DNA of 64,000 nt from Actinomycetota bacterium (GTDB taxonomy: Bacteria; Actinomycetota; Geothermincolia; Geothermincolales; RBG-13-55-18), in the NCBI GenBank assembly GCA_014360655.1, contig JACIXC010000001.1, positions 17,173 through 81,172 on the forward strand, in the 5' to 3' direction. A program made the position numbers and the translations under genes. Positions within the stretch are counted from its first letter, which is position 1; the number at the start of each line of letters is the position of its first letter. A model generated the notes under the pieces. The model worked only from the letters and a program-made list of their open reading frames with translations. It was not told where the DNA came from and made no database searches. This document shows positions 10,014-19,440 of the stretch, piece after piece.

Positions 10014-11234
10014 TTACCGCCCGGCGGCGGGCTCCTGCGTGGTCGGCGCCTGCTCCTGCGTCCCGCCCAAGCCCGGGTCCTGCGGGCCCACGGGGGGTCC
10101 CTGCTCGGGCGGAGGTGGCGGCACCGGCTTGGAAGTCCAGATGAAGAGGGGGGTTCCCACTTTTACGTGGTCGAAGAGCTCGAGGATGGCCCAGTTGGCC
10201 ATCCTTATGCAGCCGTGCGAGTGGAGGCCCGGGACGAGGTTGCTGGTGCCGTGGATGAGCACCGTGCCGCCCGCGGCGCTGGTGACCAGGGCACGCACTC
10301 CCAGGGGGTTGTTCGGCCCCGGCTCGATGCGCGGCGGCATGTCCTTGGACCACTCCACGTTGGGGTTGATCCAGACCGGGTTCTCCTCCTTGCGGATGAT
10401 GTAATACTTTCCCAGGGGGGTTGGGTACTTGGGCTCTCCCGTCGCCACGTAATAGGTCTTCACCGGGGTGTCCTTGTTGTACCAGGTGAGGGTGTTGCCC
10501 ATGATGTCCACCACCAGCACCGTCTGCACGTCGTCGCTGGAAAGGGAGGGTGGCGTGACCACCACCACCGGCTCCACCACGCGGTTGCGTGAGAGCAACC
10601 CCTCCTCCACCGCCTTGAGCGTGGCCTCCACGTCCATCCACAGCCCGTCCCGAGAGGGGTGGAAGGTCAGCTTCCCGGTCTGAAAATCGAAGCTCAGCGA
10701 GGCGTTCACCACCTCGCAGTCGATGGCGGCGGCGATGTTGTTGAGCTTCTTCGCCAGCAGGTCCTTGTCGAGCGAGTACTCCAGGCCTATTTCGATGCTC
10801 AGTGGGCGGTTGAAGGCGCGGCGGAAGGCGCGCTCGAGCGCGGGCCGCTCCCATCCCTGGCGATAGGCCATGTCGACCAGGGATTCCACGTCCACGTTGA
10901 GGCCTATCTCCGCCGGGTTGATAACCCATTCCCGTTCCCGGTACCTGACGGTCAGCGGCGACATGAGGGGGGCCACGACCTCCTCCCGCACGCTCTCCAC
11001 CGCTTCATCCCGGGTCATTCCCGTCACGTCCACGCCCAGCACCACCGTCCTGGGGAACATCTCCCCGCGGTGGCGCGAGTCGGCGTACACGGACACGGCG
11101 GAAGCGAGGGCGAGGAAGGCCACCACCGCCAGGAGGACGATGAGCAGCCAGCGCACGACGCCGCTGCGCGGCTTCAGGAAGGATACCAGCTTCTTCCAGT
11201 TGCTCATCTTTCGGGCCATCATCTTCGGCATCAC
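10014..11234 (-). CDS. L,D-transpeptidase (YkuD domain), membrane-anchored, Pro-rich C-terminal tail
   Basis: 406 aa. N-terminal TM helix. YkuD catalytic motif LIHGTSNLVPGLHSHGCIRM. C-terminal PVPPPPPEQGPPVGPQDPG low-complexity tail. Confidence 0.8.
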   Translation of the reverse strand: MMPKMMARKMSNWKKLVSFLKPRSGVVRWLLIVLLAVVAFLALASAVSVYADSRHRGEMFPRTVVLGVDVTGMTRDEAVESVREEVVAPLMSPLTVRYREREWVINPAEIGLNVDVESLVDMAYRQGWERPALERAFRRAFNRPLSIEIGLEYSLDKDLLAKKLNNIAAAIDCEVVNASLSFDFQTGKLTFHPSRDGLWMDVEATLKAVEEGLLSRNRVVEPVVVVTPPSLSSDDVQTVLVVDIMGNTLTWYNKDTPVKTYYVATGEPKYPTPLGKYYIIRKEENPVWINPNVEWSKDMPPRIEPGPNNPLGVRALVTSAAGGTVLIHGTSNLVPGLHSHGCIRMANWAILELFDHVKVGTPLFIWTSKPVPPPPPEQGPPVGPQDPGLGGTQEQAPTTQEPAAGR

Positions 11235-11291
11235 TCCTTACCCGGTGCTCTTCCGGGGTTAGGACGCGCCGGGCCCCTTTTTCGTTCCACG

Positions 11292-11624
11292 CTACCACCT
11301 TTCCACGAACTGCTCGAAATAGCTGAGGAACGAGTATTCGGATAGGACCCGTTGCCGCTCCTCGTGCAGGGAGCGGATGTGCCTCATGTCGCGGGCGGCC
11401 CCCCTGCAGCCTTCTCCCTCGATGAGGGCGATCAGTTCGTTGTTGCGCCGCCTCAGCTCCTCCAGGCGCAGGTGAAAACCGGGGATGTGCATGGCCAGCA
11501 GCTCCTCGCCGCGGAAGCGCGCCATCGCGCGGCAGCGCGTGCACGCGAAGCACCCCGCTTCCTCCGTCTCCTCCGCCCAGGCGTCGCACAGGGGGCAACG
11601 ACGCCCGCTCTCCCCGTCCTGCAA
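11292..11624 (-). CDS. Hypothetical small zinc-ribbon protein
   Basis: 110 aa. CPLCDAW...CFACTRC paired CxxC. Clean intergenic placement. No family recognised. Confidence 0.4.
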   Translation of the reverse strand: MQDGESGRRCPLCDAWAEETEEAGCFACTRCRAMARFRGEELLAMHIPGFHLRLEELRRRNNELIALIEGEGCRGAARDMRHIRSLHEERQRVLSEYSFLSYFEQFVERW

Positions 11625-11873
11625 ATCTACCTCCCGTAAAACCGCCCACGTGCATTATCTCCCCTTGCACGCGGACATGCCATGACGCATCCCGCCCTGC
11701 CGCCACCGTAAAGCGCGGGCGGGAGGCTCGGCGCCCCCCGCCCCACGCGACGCTCTCCGCGGCCCCGCTTCCCCGCGCCCCTTACTCCTTTACTTGATCA
11801 CATCACTCCATATCGCTACACGGCGGCCACGGCGCCGTCCTACCCTTCCTCCTGTTCTTCCTCTAATGTTCTT

Positions 11874-13076
11874 CTATTCTTCCTCCGCCTGCTCGGGAAC
11901 GGGCCCTCCCCCCGCGAGCAACCCGACGATGAGCAGCAGGGCCCCGACGATGAGCAGCGCCCAGGGGATGTACACTTTGATGAGGTTGATCCTTCCCGCG
12001 CCCTCCCTAGCGTCTTCCGCGTTCGCCACGATGGAGTCCTGGATGGACGCATAGTCGTAGGAGAACACCTTGCTGGCCTTCCCCATCTGCGACTGCAATC
12101 CCGCCAGTTGCGCGATGACCGGCCCCAGCTGGGGATCGCTCGCATACTTGGCCAGCACACCCTGCAATTGGGACATGCCGCTGAGGTCGACCCTCATGGA
12201 GAGGGCCTCCGCGCTCTTGTACACGTCCACCGGTATGCCCGTCTTGGGGTCGACGGAAAGTTCCTGTTCCATGCTCCAGAGATACGTGATGGGTATCTTC
12301 GCCTGCAGCGCGGCGCCGAGAACCTGCCGGTCCTCGGCGGACATGACCCCCATCGCCAGGGAAACGAAGGCGTCCACGTCCAGACCCGCCGCCTTGAGGG
12401 TTTCCTTCATCTCCTCGATGGTGGTTTCACGGGGAAGACCCATGCTCTCGATGTACGCGTCCACCACCGGTTTTTCCTCGCAGGACATCTTGAAGTCATA
12501 GACGGTTACGTGTTCCTTCTCCTGCTCGTCCACGTATTCCGCCTCCAGGCCCTCGCCGATCTCGCTCTTCCAGAATGAATAGGTCTCGTCCTTGGAGGTA
12601 TCGAAGGTGAAGAAGGGGTAATACGAGCCCTCGCGATTCACCGTGTTGCGCGGATCCCAGGCATAGGCGCGGTCATCCTTGACGTTCTCCAACGTCTTGC
12701 GGTCGAGGGCGTAGACGAACTCCGCCGCGGGTTGTTTCATCCCTCCCATGCTGATGGTTATGGTCTCCTTTACCAGTCCGGTGGAGGAGTCGAACTCCTC
12801 CGCAAGGGTGGTGATCTTTTGTGTCACCTCGAGGGGCGCCTTTATCTCCTGGCCTTCCGGAAGCGGCTGGCGGCTGACCGGGTCTACGTACCAGGTGACC
12901 TCACCCTCGTACCGGTTCTCCACGTCCACGTCGCTGGGCAACTTCACCATGGCGTTTACGGCGATCGCCCACCAGAGTATGGAGGCCAGTATGAACAGTA
13001 TCCCCAGGACTATCAGGACCTTGCTTACCGCCCCTTTCATGACTACCTCCTTAAACACCGAAAACCCTCGCCGCAC
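11874..13076 (-). CDS. Membrane-anchored protein with N- and C-terminal TM helices (DUF3068-like topology, tentative)
   Basis: 400 aa. N-terminal TM VLIVLGILFILASILWWAIAV and C-terminal TM IPWALLIVGALLLIVGLLAG flank a large acidic extracytoplasmic domain. Family assignment is from memory of DUF3068 architecture only. Confidence 0.55.
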   Translation of the reverse strand: MRRGFSVFKEVVMKGAVSKVLIVLGILFILASILWWAIAVNAMVKLPSDVDVENRYEGEVTWYVDPVSRQPLPEGQEIKAPLEVTQKITTLAEEFDSSTGLVKETITISMGGMKQPAAEFVYALDRKTLENVKDDRAYAWDPRNTVNREGSYYPFFTFDTSKDETYSFWKSEIGEGLEAEYVDEQEKEHVTVYDFKMSCEEKPVVDAYIESMGLPRETTIEEMKETLKAAGLDVDAFVSLAMGVMSAEDRQVLGAALQAKIPITYLWSMEQELSVDPKTGIPVDVYKSAEALSMRVDLSGMSQLQGVLAKYASDPQLGPVIAQLAGLQSQMGKASKVFSYDYASIQDSIVANAEDAREGAGRINLIKVYIPWALLIVGALLLIVGLLAGGGPVPEQAEEE

Positions 13077-13335
13077 GTCTTGGCGGCGGTACGCTCCGCA
13101 ACTCCATTCTTACTCCTAGTCTATTTTCTATGCCGCAAGCGGACTTTCCTCCGCTTGCCCATCCTCTCTCACGCTCCCGTTTCCGCCGCTCCTGCCGTTT
13201 CGTTTCATGTAGCGTTAAAGACGCTTTGAAAAGACCGTAAAGACACGGCATTATTTTACCCAAAGCGCGGCCCGAATTCCTCCCCGACTGTCTTCACTCC
13301 GGCAACCTCCCCATATACCAAGGCGGGCGGCCCGG

Positions 13336-13590
13336 CTTCCGGAAGAAGCACATATACGCAACCACCAAGCCCGGGGAACTACAGGGTCGGTCGCAGCGAG
13401 CCTGCGAGCGAGACCGTTACCCTGAGGCCCCGGGCCGGAAGAAGGTACATATACGCAACCACCTAGCCCGGGGAACTACAGGGTCGGTCGCAGCGAGGAC
13501 GCCTTTCCCAAGGCCTCGGATCTACGAGAAAGGAACGCGGCGCCGAGCGAGACCGTTACCCTGAGGCCTGGCCGCTGGAAGAAGGAAAGG
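13336..13590. repeat. Two tandem copies of a ~100-bp intergenic repeat unit (family shared with 22914-23285); second copy carries a 45-bp insertion
   Basis: Unit about ggaagaagg-acatatacgcaaccacc(a/t)agcccggggaactacagggtcggtcgcagcgag-cctg-cgagcgagaccgttaccctgaggcc. Copy 1 at 13336-13429. Copy 2 at 13430-13568, with an insert between gcagcgag and cgagcgagaccg. Confidence 0.7.
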
Positions 13591-13601
13591 CCGCGCACCT
13601 T

Positions 13602-15833
13602 TCAGCGCGACATCCCCGGGGCGTATCCGCAATTCACGTGTCCCCCCACCCAGGAGCCGTTATAACGGAAGTAGATGGGCCGCTCCACCACGATTTCCCC
13701 CGTGGCGTGCACGGAAACGGACATGCCTTCCTGGTAGGGCGACATGCTGTTCAGGTAGAGGGTGGTGCGCGAGGAGGCGGGCAGCCGCACCCTCTCCATC
13801 ATCAGCTCGCCGCTCTCGAAGTGCAGCATGATCTCGGCCGAAAGCTCCACCGCGCCAGCATTCTGCAGGCACAGCCAGTCCTCGAAGCCGGGCCCGGTGT
13901 AACCCTCCGCCAAATACCAGTGGCGGGAGGGCGCCTTCACGCCCACGAGCACGTCGCCGCCCTTGCACCACTTACCGTAATCGTGGTAGATGCTCCTCTC
14001 GGCCACGAAGGGCCTCTCCCCCTCCATCTTGACGGAGACCTCCAGGTTAGCCCCCGCGCGCAGGTTGACGTTCACCGTGCGCCTGGAGAGAGGGGGCACG
14101 ACCTCCTCGTCAGCGATGTTGGCCCCGTTTCTGGTCTGGTACGTGATGCGCACGCGGTTGGGCGCCGTATCGGGGTTGAACAGGCACAGCCACTCCTCGA
14201 AGCCGGCTCCCGTGTATCCCTCGGCGAAGTACCAGGTGGTGGAGGGTTGATTGCTGCCGCCCGAGACGTGTCCCCCCGCCCACTGGTTGCGGTAGAGGAA
14301 ATACATGGGGCGCTCCGCGACCAGCGGGACGCCGTTCGTGGAGGTCACCCGCAGGGAGACATCCTTTCCCGGTCCCACCTTTCCGTTGACGAAGACGCTG
14401 TAGCGCCGCCTGGGCGCCAGGGACATGTCCTCCGAGAGGAGCAGGCCGGCCGGTGAGAGGTACTCGACCCTCGCCTTCGCCTCCGTATTCCCCGGGTTGA
14501 GCAGGCACAGCCATTCATCGAAACCGTCGCCGGTGTGCCCCTCGGCGAAGTACCAGGTGGTGGAGGGTTGATTGCTGCCGCCCGAGACGTGTCCCCCCGC
14601 CAACCGGTTGCGGTAGAGGAAATACATGGGGCGCTCCGCCACGATGGGGAGCGGGGAATCCACCACCAGGCTCACGTCCCGCCCCGCGCCCACCTGTCCC
14701 CCAACGTTGATGCTCAGCCGCGCCTCGGCCTCCACGCGGTAGGTGCGTGTGAGCGCCTCCCGGTCCTGGAAGAGGTACTGCACGCTGAAGTCCACGGGCG
14801 TGCCGTTGGGATTGAGCACGGTGAGCCACTCCTCGATCCCCGCCCAGGTGGCCCCCTCCGCGAAATACCATTTTCTGGCAGCAGAGGCCACGATGAGGTC
14901 CCGCTCCACCGCGGCGGTGCCGCCATCGCCGTAGTAGGCCACGGCCCGCAGGCGGTGTGTGCCGTCCCCCAGCGACGCGGTGTCCACATTGGTGCTGAAG
15001 GGGGGACCGCCGAAGCTCCGCAACAGCCCGCCGTCGAGGAAGAGGTCCATCCGGCTTACGGCCTCCGCTCCCAGCACCTGTAGGGAGACGTTGACGACAC
15101 CGCTCGATATGCGGTTCTCCTGCGGCTGGATAAAGCTTACGCGCGAGGGCATGCGTATGCCGCGCAGGATGGCCATGGCCTCCCGCGCCAGGTAGGCGTC
15201 ATCGCGCAGCAGTCGCTCCTGCGCGGGATTGGAGATAAAGGAGGCCTCGGTGAGTATGGCCGGCATGTTGGTGTTGTTGAGCACGCCGCAGTAGCCCACC
15301 TTTTTCACGCCGCGGTTGGGCAGCCCGAACTCCCCCACCAGCTCCGCCTGCACGGAGTTGGCCAGCTCCAGGGAGGCCTGGCTGGCGTATGTGGAAACCA
15401 GGGTCTCGGTTCCGTTGACGTTCGGGTCGTCCGGGTAGGCGTTGTGATGGATGCTGATGAAGCGGTCGGCCCCCCAGGAGTTGGCCATCTGCCAGCGCTG
15501 GGTGATGCTCACCGCGACGTCGCTCTCGCGCGTCATGAGCACCTGGGCGCCGTTGGCCAGGAGCAGGTCACGCAGCCTTAGGGCCACCTTGAGGTTGACT
15601 TCCTTCTCCTGCAGGCCCGTGGGGCCCACCGCTCCCGTCTCCGCCCCGCCGTGCCCGGCATCCACGCAGAATTTCCAGCCGCTCAGGGCGCCGGCGAGGG
15701 CGCGTTCTTCCCCGGCGGGCAGGCGGAGAGCGAGCGGGGAGAGCAACGCCAGGGAAGCGAGAAGGAGGCAGAGCGGGGCTGCCATGGCGCGGGACGCCGC
15801 TTCTCCGCGCGGACGGATTCCTTTACGGTGCAC
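13602..15833 (-). CDS. N-acetylmuramoyl-L-alanine amidase (Amidase_3) with four C-terminal tandem ~108-aa WYFAEG modules
   Basis: 743 aa. Signal peptide. Amidase_3 motifs CVDAGHGG...RFISIHHNA...TEASFISN. Then four repeats, each starting WY(F/L)AEG.TG.GFE.WL.L.NP (aa 321-743, nt 13602-14873). Confidence 0.85.
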   Translation of the reverse strand: MHRKGIRPRGEAASRAMAAPLCLLLASLALLSPLALRLPAGEERALAGALSGWKFCVDAGHGGAETGAVGPTGLQEKEVNLKVALRLRDLLLANGAQVLMTRESDVAVSITQRWQMANSWGADRFISIHHNAYPDDPNVNGTETLVSTYASQASLELANSVQAELVGEFGLPNRGVKKVGYCGVLNNTNMPAILTEASFISNPAQERLLRDDAYLAREAMAILRGIRMPSRVSFIQPQENRISSGVVNVSLQVLGAEAVSRMDLFLDGGLLRSFGGPPFSTNVDTASLGDGTHRLRAVAYYGDGGTAAVERDLIVASAARKWYFAEGATWAGIEEWLTVLNPNGTPVDFSVQYLFQDREALTRTYRVEAEARLSINVGGQVGAGRDVSLVVDSPLPIVAERPMYFLYRNRLAGGHVSGGSNQPSTTWYFAEGHTGDGFDEWLCLLNPGNTEAKARVEYLSPAGLLLSEDMSLAPRRRYSVFVNGKVGPGKDVSLRVTSTNGVPLVAERPMYFLYRNQWAGGHVSGGSNQPSTTWYFAEGYTGAGFEEWLCLFNPDTAPNRVRITYQTRNGANIADEEVVPPLSRRTVNVNLRAGANLEVSVKMEGERPFVAERSIYHDYGKWCKGGDVLVGVKAPSRHWYLAEGYTGPGFEDWLCLQNAGAVELSAEIMLHFESGELMMERVRLPASSRTTLYLNSMSPYQEGMSVSVHATGEIVVERPIYFRYNGSWVGGHVNCGYAPGMSR

Positions 15834-15984
15834 GCAAAATACCTCCCCACGGTCTCACTCACTGGGTTATTCGACGGCACGTGATGTAAACCTTTAGCAA
15901 CGCGCCACGCATGCCAACCCCACCACACGCTTGACGCCCGCCGGAGAAGCGCTCGCGCAAGCACCACGTGCACACCGGCCGCAG

Positions 15985-17301
15985 CTAACCGCCCAAGCCG
16001 GAAAGGAGGCGCAGGGCGTCGGGCTCATCCGGGTTTATGCGCAGGACCTCCCGGAAATCATCCAGAGCTCCCGCGATGTTGCCCCTCTTCTTCCTGCCGA
16101 GCCCGCGGGAAAGATAGGCGGGATAGTAGTCCGGGTTGAGGATGAGCGCCCGGTCCCAGTCGTCCACCGCCTCCCCCCAGGCGTTGAGCAGCGCATAACA
16201 CACGCCGCGCTCGTAGTAGGCCTCGGCCGACCCCGGGTTCATCCTTATCACCTGGTTGAAATCTCGTATGGCCCGGTTGTAGATGGGGTTGTCGTCGTAC
16301 TGTATCTTGCGCCGTAAGGCCTTGCCGCGCAGCATGTAAGCCTCCGGCAGGTCCTGCCGCACCTTCACCAGGCGGTCGAGGTCCTTGATGGCCGCCCGGT
16401 AATAGCCCCAGTCCATGAACAGCCTGGCGCGCCGCAGCAGGGCGCCATCGTCCCCGGGGTCCTCCGCGAGGACGCGGTTGAGTTCCTGCAGAAGCGCCCG
16501 GTCCTCCTCAGCCTTCAGGGTGTCGTTGGCCGTCCCCTCCTCCTCGCCCAGGAGCCCCACCAGCAACCCGACGACGGAGCGGGAACGCACCATGCCCATG
16601 TGGGTGCAGAGCCACCCGAGGCGGAGATTTTCCGCTCCCGGCAGGCAGCAATTGGTCCACGGCACCACGGCAAGATCCCAGGGCGTGCAGATGGAAACAT
16701 ACGGCAAGTCGTCCGCTCGAGGCCCTCCCCCTTCACGGGCGTTCAACTCCCCGAGGAAGGCGCTGCCCGGAAGGGCCTGCCGCGCGGCCTTGAACGGAAG
16801 GAAGAGGTAGAAGGTGTACGACCCGCCGTTGGGGGTTCCCAGCATGATCAACTTCTTCAGGTGATCCGCCCCGCCCATGCGCTCCACCGCGAACCTTGCC
16901 ACCAGTCCTCCCACGCCCTGCCCTATGATGGAGACCTTCTTTGCCCCGAGGAGGATGCGGAGCTCCTCCATCTTGTCAAGGAGTATGCGCGCCCCCCGGC
17001 GTATGTCACCGGCGCCGAAATTGGGAAGGCGCAGGGTGTAGATCTCGAAATCGAGGTTGCGCAGCCTGCGCCTGATGGCGGCGGAGAGGATGTAGAAGCG
17101 GAAGAACCCCGGAACGTAGAGGACGGGGTCCCTTCTCCTCGCCACAACGAGAGGCGCGGGAGACTCCTCCGCCGAATGCACCCGGCATTCCCCACGGGTC
17201 ACCGTCCTCCGCCGCAGGGGCTCCACTCGCTCCTCGTCTCTCTCGGCGCCCGAAGGAGTCGCGTATCCGTTCTCCCGCACGTCCTCACTTCTCTCCAACA
17301 T
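15985..17301 (-). CDS. Lipase-like alpha/beta-hydrolase fold protein (PGAP1/LipA-like) fused to C-terminal TPR repeats; nucleophile motif degenerate (GQGVG)
   Basis: Aligns to Bacillus LipA-type block AKKV.I..HSMGG...LGG as AKKVSIIGQGVGG...LGTPNGG, so the Ser and His of the AHSMGG motif are replaced. C-terminal about 180 aa form 4-5 TPR-like repeats. Start trimmed to ATG 17301 (SD AGGAG 9 nt upstream; the upstream part of the maximal ORF overlaps the neighbouring gene). Confidence 0.7.
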   Translation of the reverse strand: MLERSEDVRENGYATPSGAERDEERVEPLRRRTVTRGECRVHSAEESPAPLVVARRRDPVLYVPGFFRFYILSAAIRRRLRNLDFEIYTLRLPNFGAGDIRRGARILLDKMEELRILLGAKKVSIIGQGVGGLVARFAVERMGGADHLKKLIMLGTPNGGSYTFYLFLPFKAARQALPGSAFLGELNAREGGGPRADDLPYVSICTPWDLAVVPWTNCCLPGAENLRLGWLCTHMGMVRSRSVVGLLVGLLGEEEGTANDTLKAEEDRALLQELNRVLAEDPGDDGALLRRARLFMDWGYYRAAIKDLDRLVKVRQDLPEAYMLRGKALRRKIQYDDNPIYNRAIRDFNQVIRMNPGSAEAYYERGVCYALLNAWGEAVDDWDRALILNPDYYPAYLSRGLGRKKRGNIAGALDDFREVLRINPDEPDALRLLSGLGG

Positions 17302-17464
17302 CGGCCAGCTCCTGCTTCTACCGCATACACTCACGCCGAACGTTTCCACCGCATATATATATTCGGCGCGAGGGCCCCGTTGACATGAGCCCCGGAACCG
17401 CCGCAGGGCCGCCGGTGGGTGTGCCGGGTCCTGGCCGGAAAGGCCGGAAAGGATACCGGGGAGG

Positions 17465-18784
17465 TCAGCGGGCAAGCAGCGGGGGGATGCGGGCGGTGGT
17501 GCGCCGCAGGCGCGCCATGGCCAGCAATAGCGCGGACTCCCAGGGCGGCAGGGGCACCATGGAGATGGGGTTTATCCCCATGAGGGGCGTGAGCGAGGCC
17601 AGCACGTCCCGGAGGTTGTTGCAACCCCACGCCACCCGCAGCGCTTTCCTTCCCAGCCTGCGGAGCAACGCCGGGTAGGCCTCCTCGGCCGCGCAGTCCC
17701 CCACCACCAGCACCCTGCCCTCGATCCCTTCGAGGGTCTCCTCGCGCCATCCCTTTCCCATGCATATGGTGAAACCGCCCTTCCCCTTGAAATCGACGTA
17801 GAGCATCTGCAGTACCATACGCGTGTTCAGGGAACAACCCTCGCGGCAGCACCTCTCCTCCCCCTCGAGGATGCGCACGTCGGGAGGGTAGACGGGGAGC
17901 AGCTCCGGGGTGTAGCGGCGCCAAAAGGGCTCCCGGTCGCCTATGACCTCTATGTCCGCAAGGTCGATGCAACCCAGGCCCTCCGCGGCGGAAAGCCGGA
18001 GGTGCTCCACCCTGGCGGGATCTATGCCCAGGAGATCTGCCCCCACGGCATCCACCGCCAGCGTATCGTCCCCTCCCAGGAGCACGCCCAGCTCCTCCAC
18101 GCACTCCCCGGCCAGCCCCTGGGGCGCGTAGTGGCCGTGGTTCAGGGCGTGCAGGCCCTCGATGACCGTGAAGTCGGGCCGCACCAGCATGTAGATGTCC
18201 GCGAACTTGCGGTGCAGCATCCAGTTGTGGTCGCGGATGCGGTCCTCCTGCATGACCAGGCCGAACTGGTTCTTCACCCCCAGGGTGACGGTGGCCATGG
18301 AATGGGTCTTGAGCTTGGGAAGGGAGATGTATAGATTGTCATCCCTTTTCTCCATGAGCCTTTCCCTGACCCAGCGCGAAACGCGCACCCGGTAGCCGAG
18401 TGTGGGCAGGGTGACCTCCACCTGCTTCCCCTCGTCCAGGTAGAGGGGTATGCCGCCCGCCTCCCGGGTCGCCCGCGCCAGGCCGCTCACCCGGAACACC
18501 AGGCGTGTGAAGTTGCCCTGGGTGCAGTTGTCCATCACGTACACCCTGCGTGCCCCCGCCTCCAGCAGCAGCCTCACCAGGGCCGAGACCGCCCTCGGGT
18601 CGGTGTGACAATAGGGCTTGAAGTCTACGGCGTTGACCTTTATGAAGGCGTCGCGCCTGCCGCCCAGGAGCGACGAGAGGCCTCCGAAGTGACTGAATAT
18701 CTCGACCATGCCCTCCCGCAGATCATCCCCCGCGGCAGCGACAACCACCCTGGGCATCTTTCCTCCTTTCCCGGGAACCGTCAC
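17465..18784 (-). CDS. DUF362-domain protein (paralog of 6149-7243, no ferredoxin domain)
   Basis: 439 aa. FIKVNAVD ... LPKLKTHSMATVTLGVKNQFGL matches the other DUF362 copy motif-for-motif. C-terminal Cys-containing extension. Confidence 0.75.
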   Translation of the reverse strand: MTVPGKGGKMPRVVVAAAGDDLREGMVEIFSHFGGLSSLLGGRRDAFIKVNAVDFKPYCHTDPRAVSALVRLLLEAGARRVYVMDNCTQGNFTRLVFRVSGLARATREAGGIPLYLDEGKQVEVTLPTLGYRVRVSRWVRERLMEKRDDNLYISLPKLKTHSMATVTLGVKNQFGLVMQEDRIRDHNWMLHRKFADIYMLVRPDFTVIEGLHALNHGHYAPQGLAGECVEELGVLLGGDDTLAVDAVGADLLGIDPARVEHLRLSAAEGLGCIDLADIEVIGDREPFWRRYTPELLPVYPPDVRILEGEERCCREGCSLNTRMVLQMLYVDFKGKGGFTICMGKGWREETLEGIEGRVLVVGDCAAEEAYPALLRRLGRKALRVAWGCNNLRDVLASLTPLMGINPISMVPLPPWESALLLAMARLRRTTARIPPLLAR

Positions 18785-18831
18785 CCCCCACGCGCCGCGC
18801 GTGGGGGTCGCTGGGGAGCGGGAAGGTCCCG

Positions 18832-19221
18832 CTATTCCCGGCAGGCCACCGCCGCCAGTTCCACACGGAACCTCCCGGGCAGGGCCACGCCCACCGCCGA
18901 ACGCGCGGGATAGGGGGGCCGGAAGAATTCCTCGTAGACCTCGTTGAAGGCCGAGATCTCACCGATATCCGCGAGGAAGACGGTCACCGCGAGCACCTTG
19001 TCCATGCCGCTTCCCGCAGCCCGAAGAACCCTCTCCAGGTTGCGCAGCACCACCATGGCCTCTTCGCGCACGTCCCCCGTCACCTCGCCGCCTTCCTCTT
19101 TTACCGCGAGCAGGCCGGAGACGAAAACGAGCCCGTTCCACGCCACCGCGTGCGAATAAGGGCCGCGCGCGGGCGGCAGCCCCTCACCCGCGAAAGCCGT
19201 AATGCCGGACACCTGCGCCAT
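18832..19221 (-). CDS. ridA: RidA/YjgF/TdcF family reactive-intermediate deaminase
   Basis: 129 aa from ATG 19221: MAQVSGITAFAGEGLPPARGPYSHAVAWNGLVFVSG...PARSAVGVALP. The listed maximal ORF (to 19548) has a repeat-derived spurious N-terminus. Confidence 0.8.
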   Translation of the reverse strand: MAQVSGITAFAGEGLPPARGPYSHAVAWNGLVFVSGLLAVKEEGGEVTGDVREEAMVVLRNLERVLRAAGSGMDKVLAVTVFLADIGEISAFNEVYEEFFRPPYPARSAVGVALPGRFRVELAAVACRE

Positions 19222-19440
19222 CACCCCCCTCACGCAGTCTTTTCCCGCAGTATAACAAAAGCTTGTGCGCCGTATAACCCCCGCCCCCCACCGGCTTTCC
19301 CGCCTTCGGCACGAACATGCCTCCCGACGCCTGGTTCTTCGGGGACGGGAAGCGACCGCGGGCGGCGGGGTCGGCGGCCGCCCCGGAGGGAGGCGAGCAG
19401 ATGCGACACGGGTGTGGCCGCCGGGTGTGAAACGCAGGGC

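Noticed and set aside
17379-17384. Plus-strand TTGACA hexamer as a sigma-70 -35 box
   Set aside because: No matching -10 at appropriate spacing on the plus strand and no downstream plus-strand gene. The adjacent TATATAT more plausibly serves the minus-strand lipase-TPR gene.
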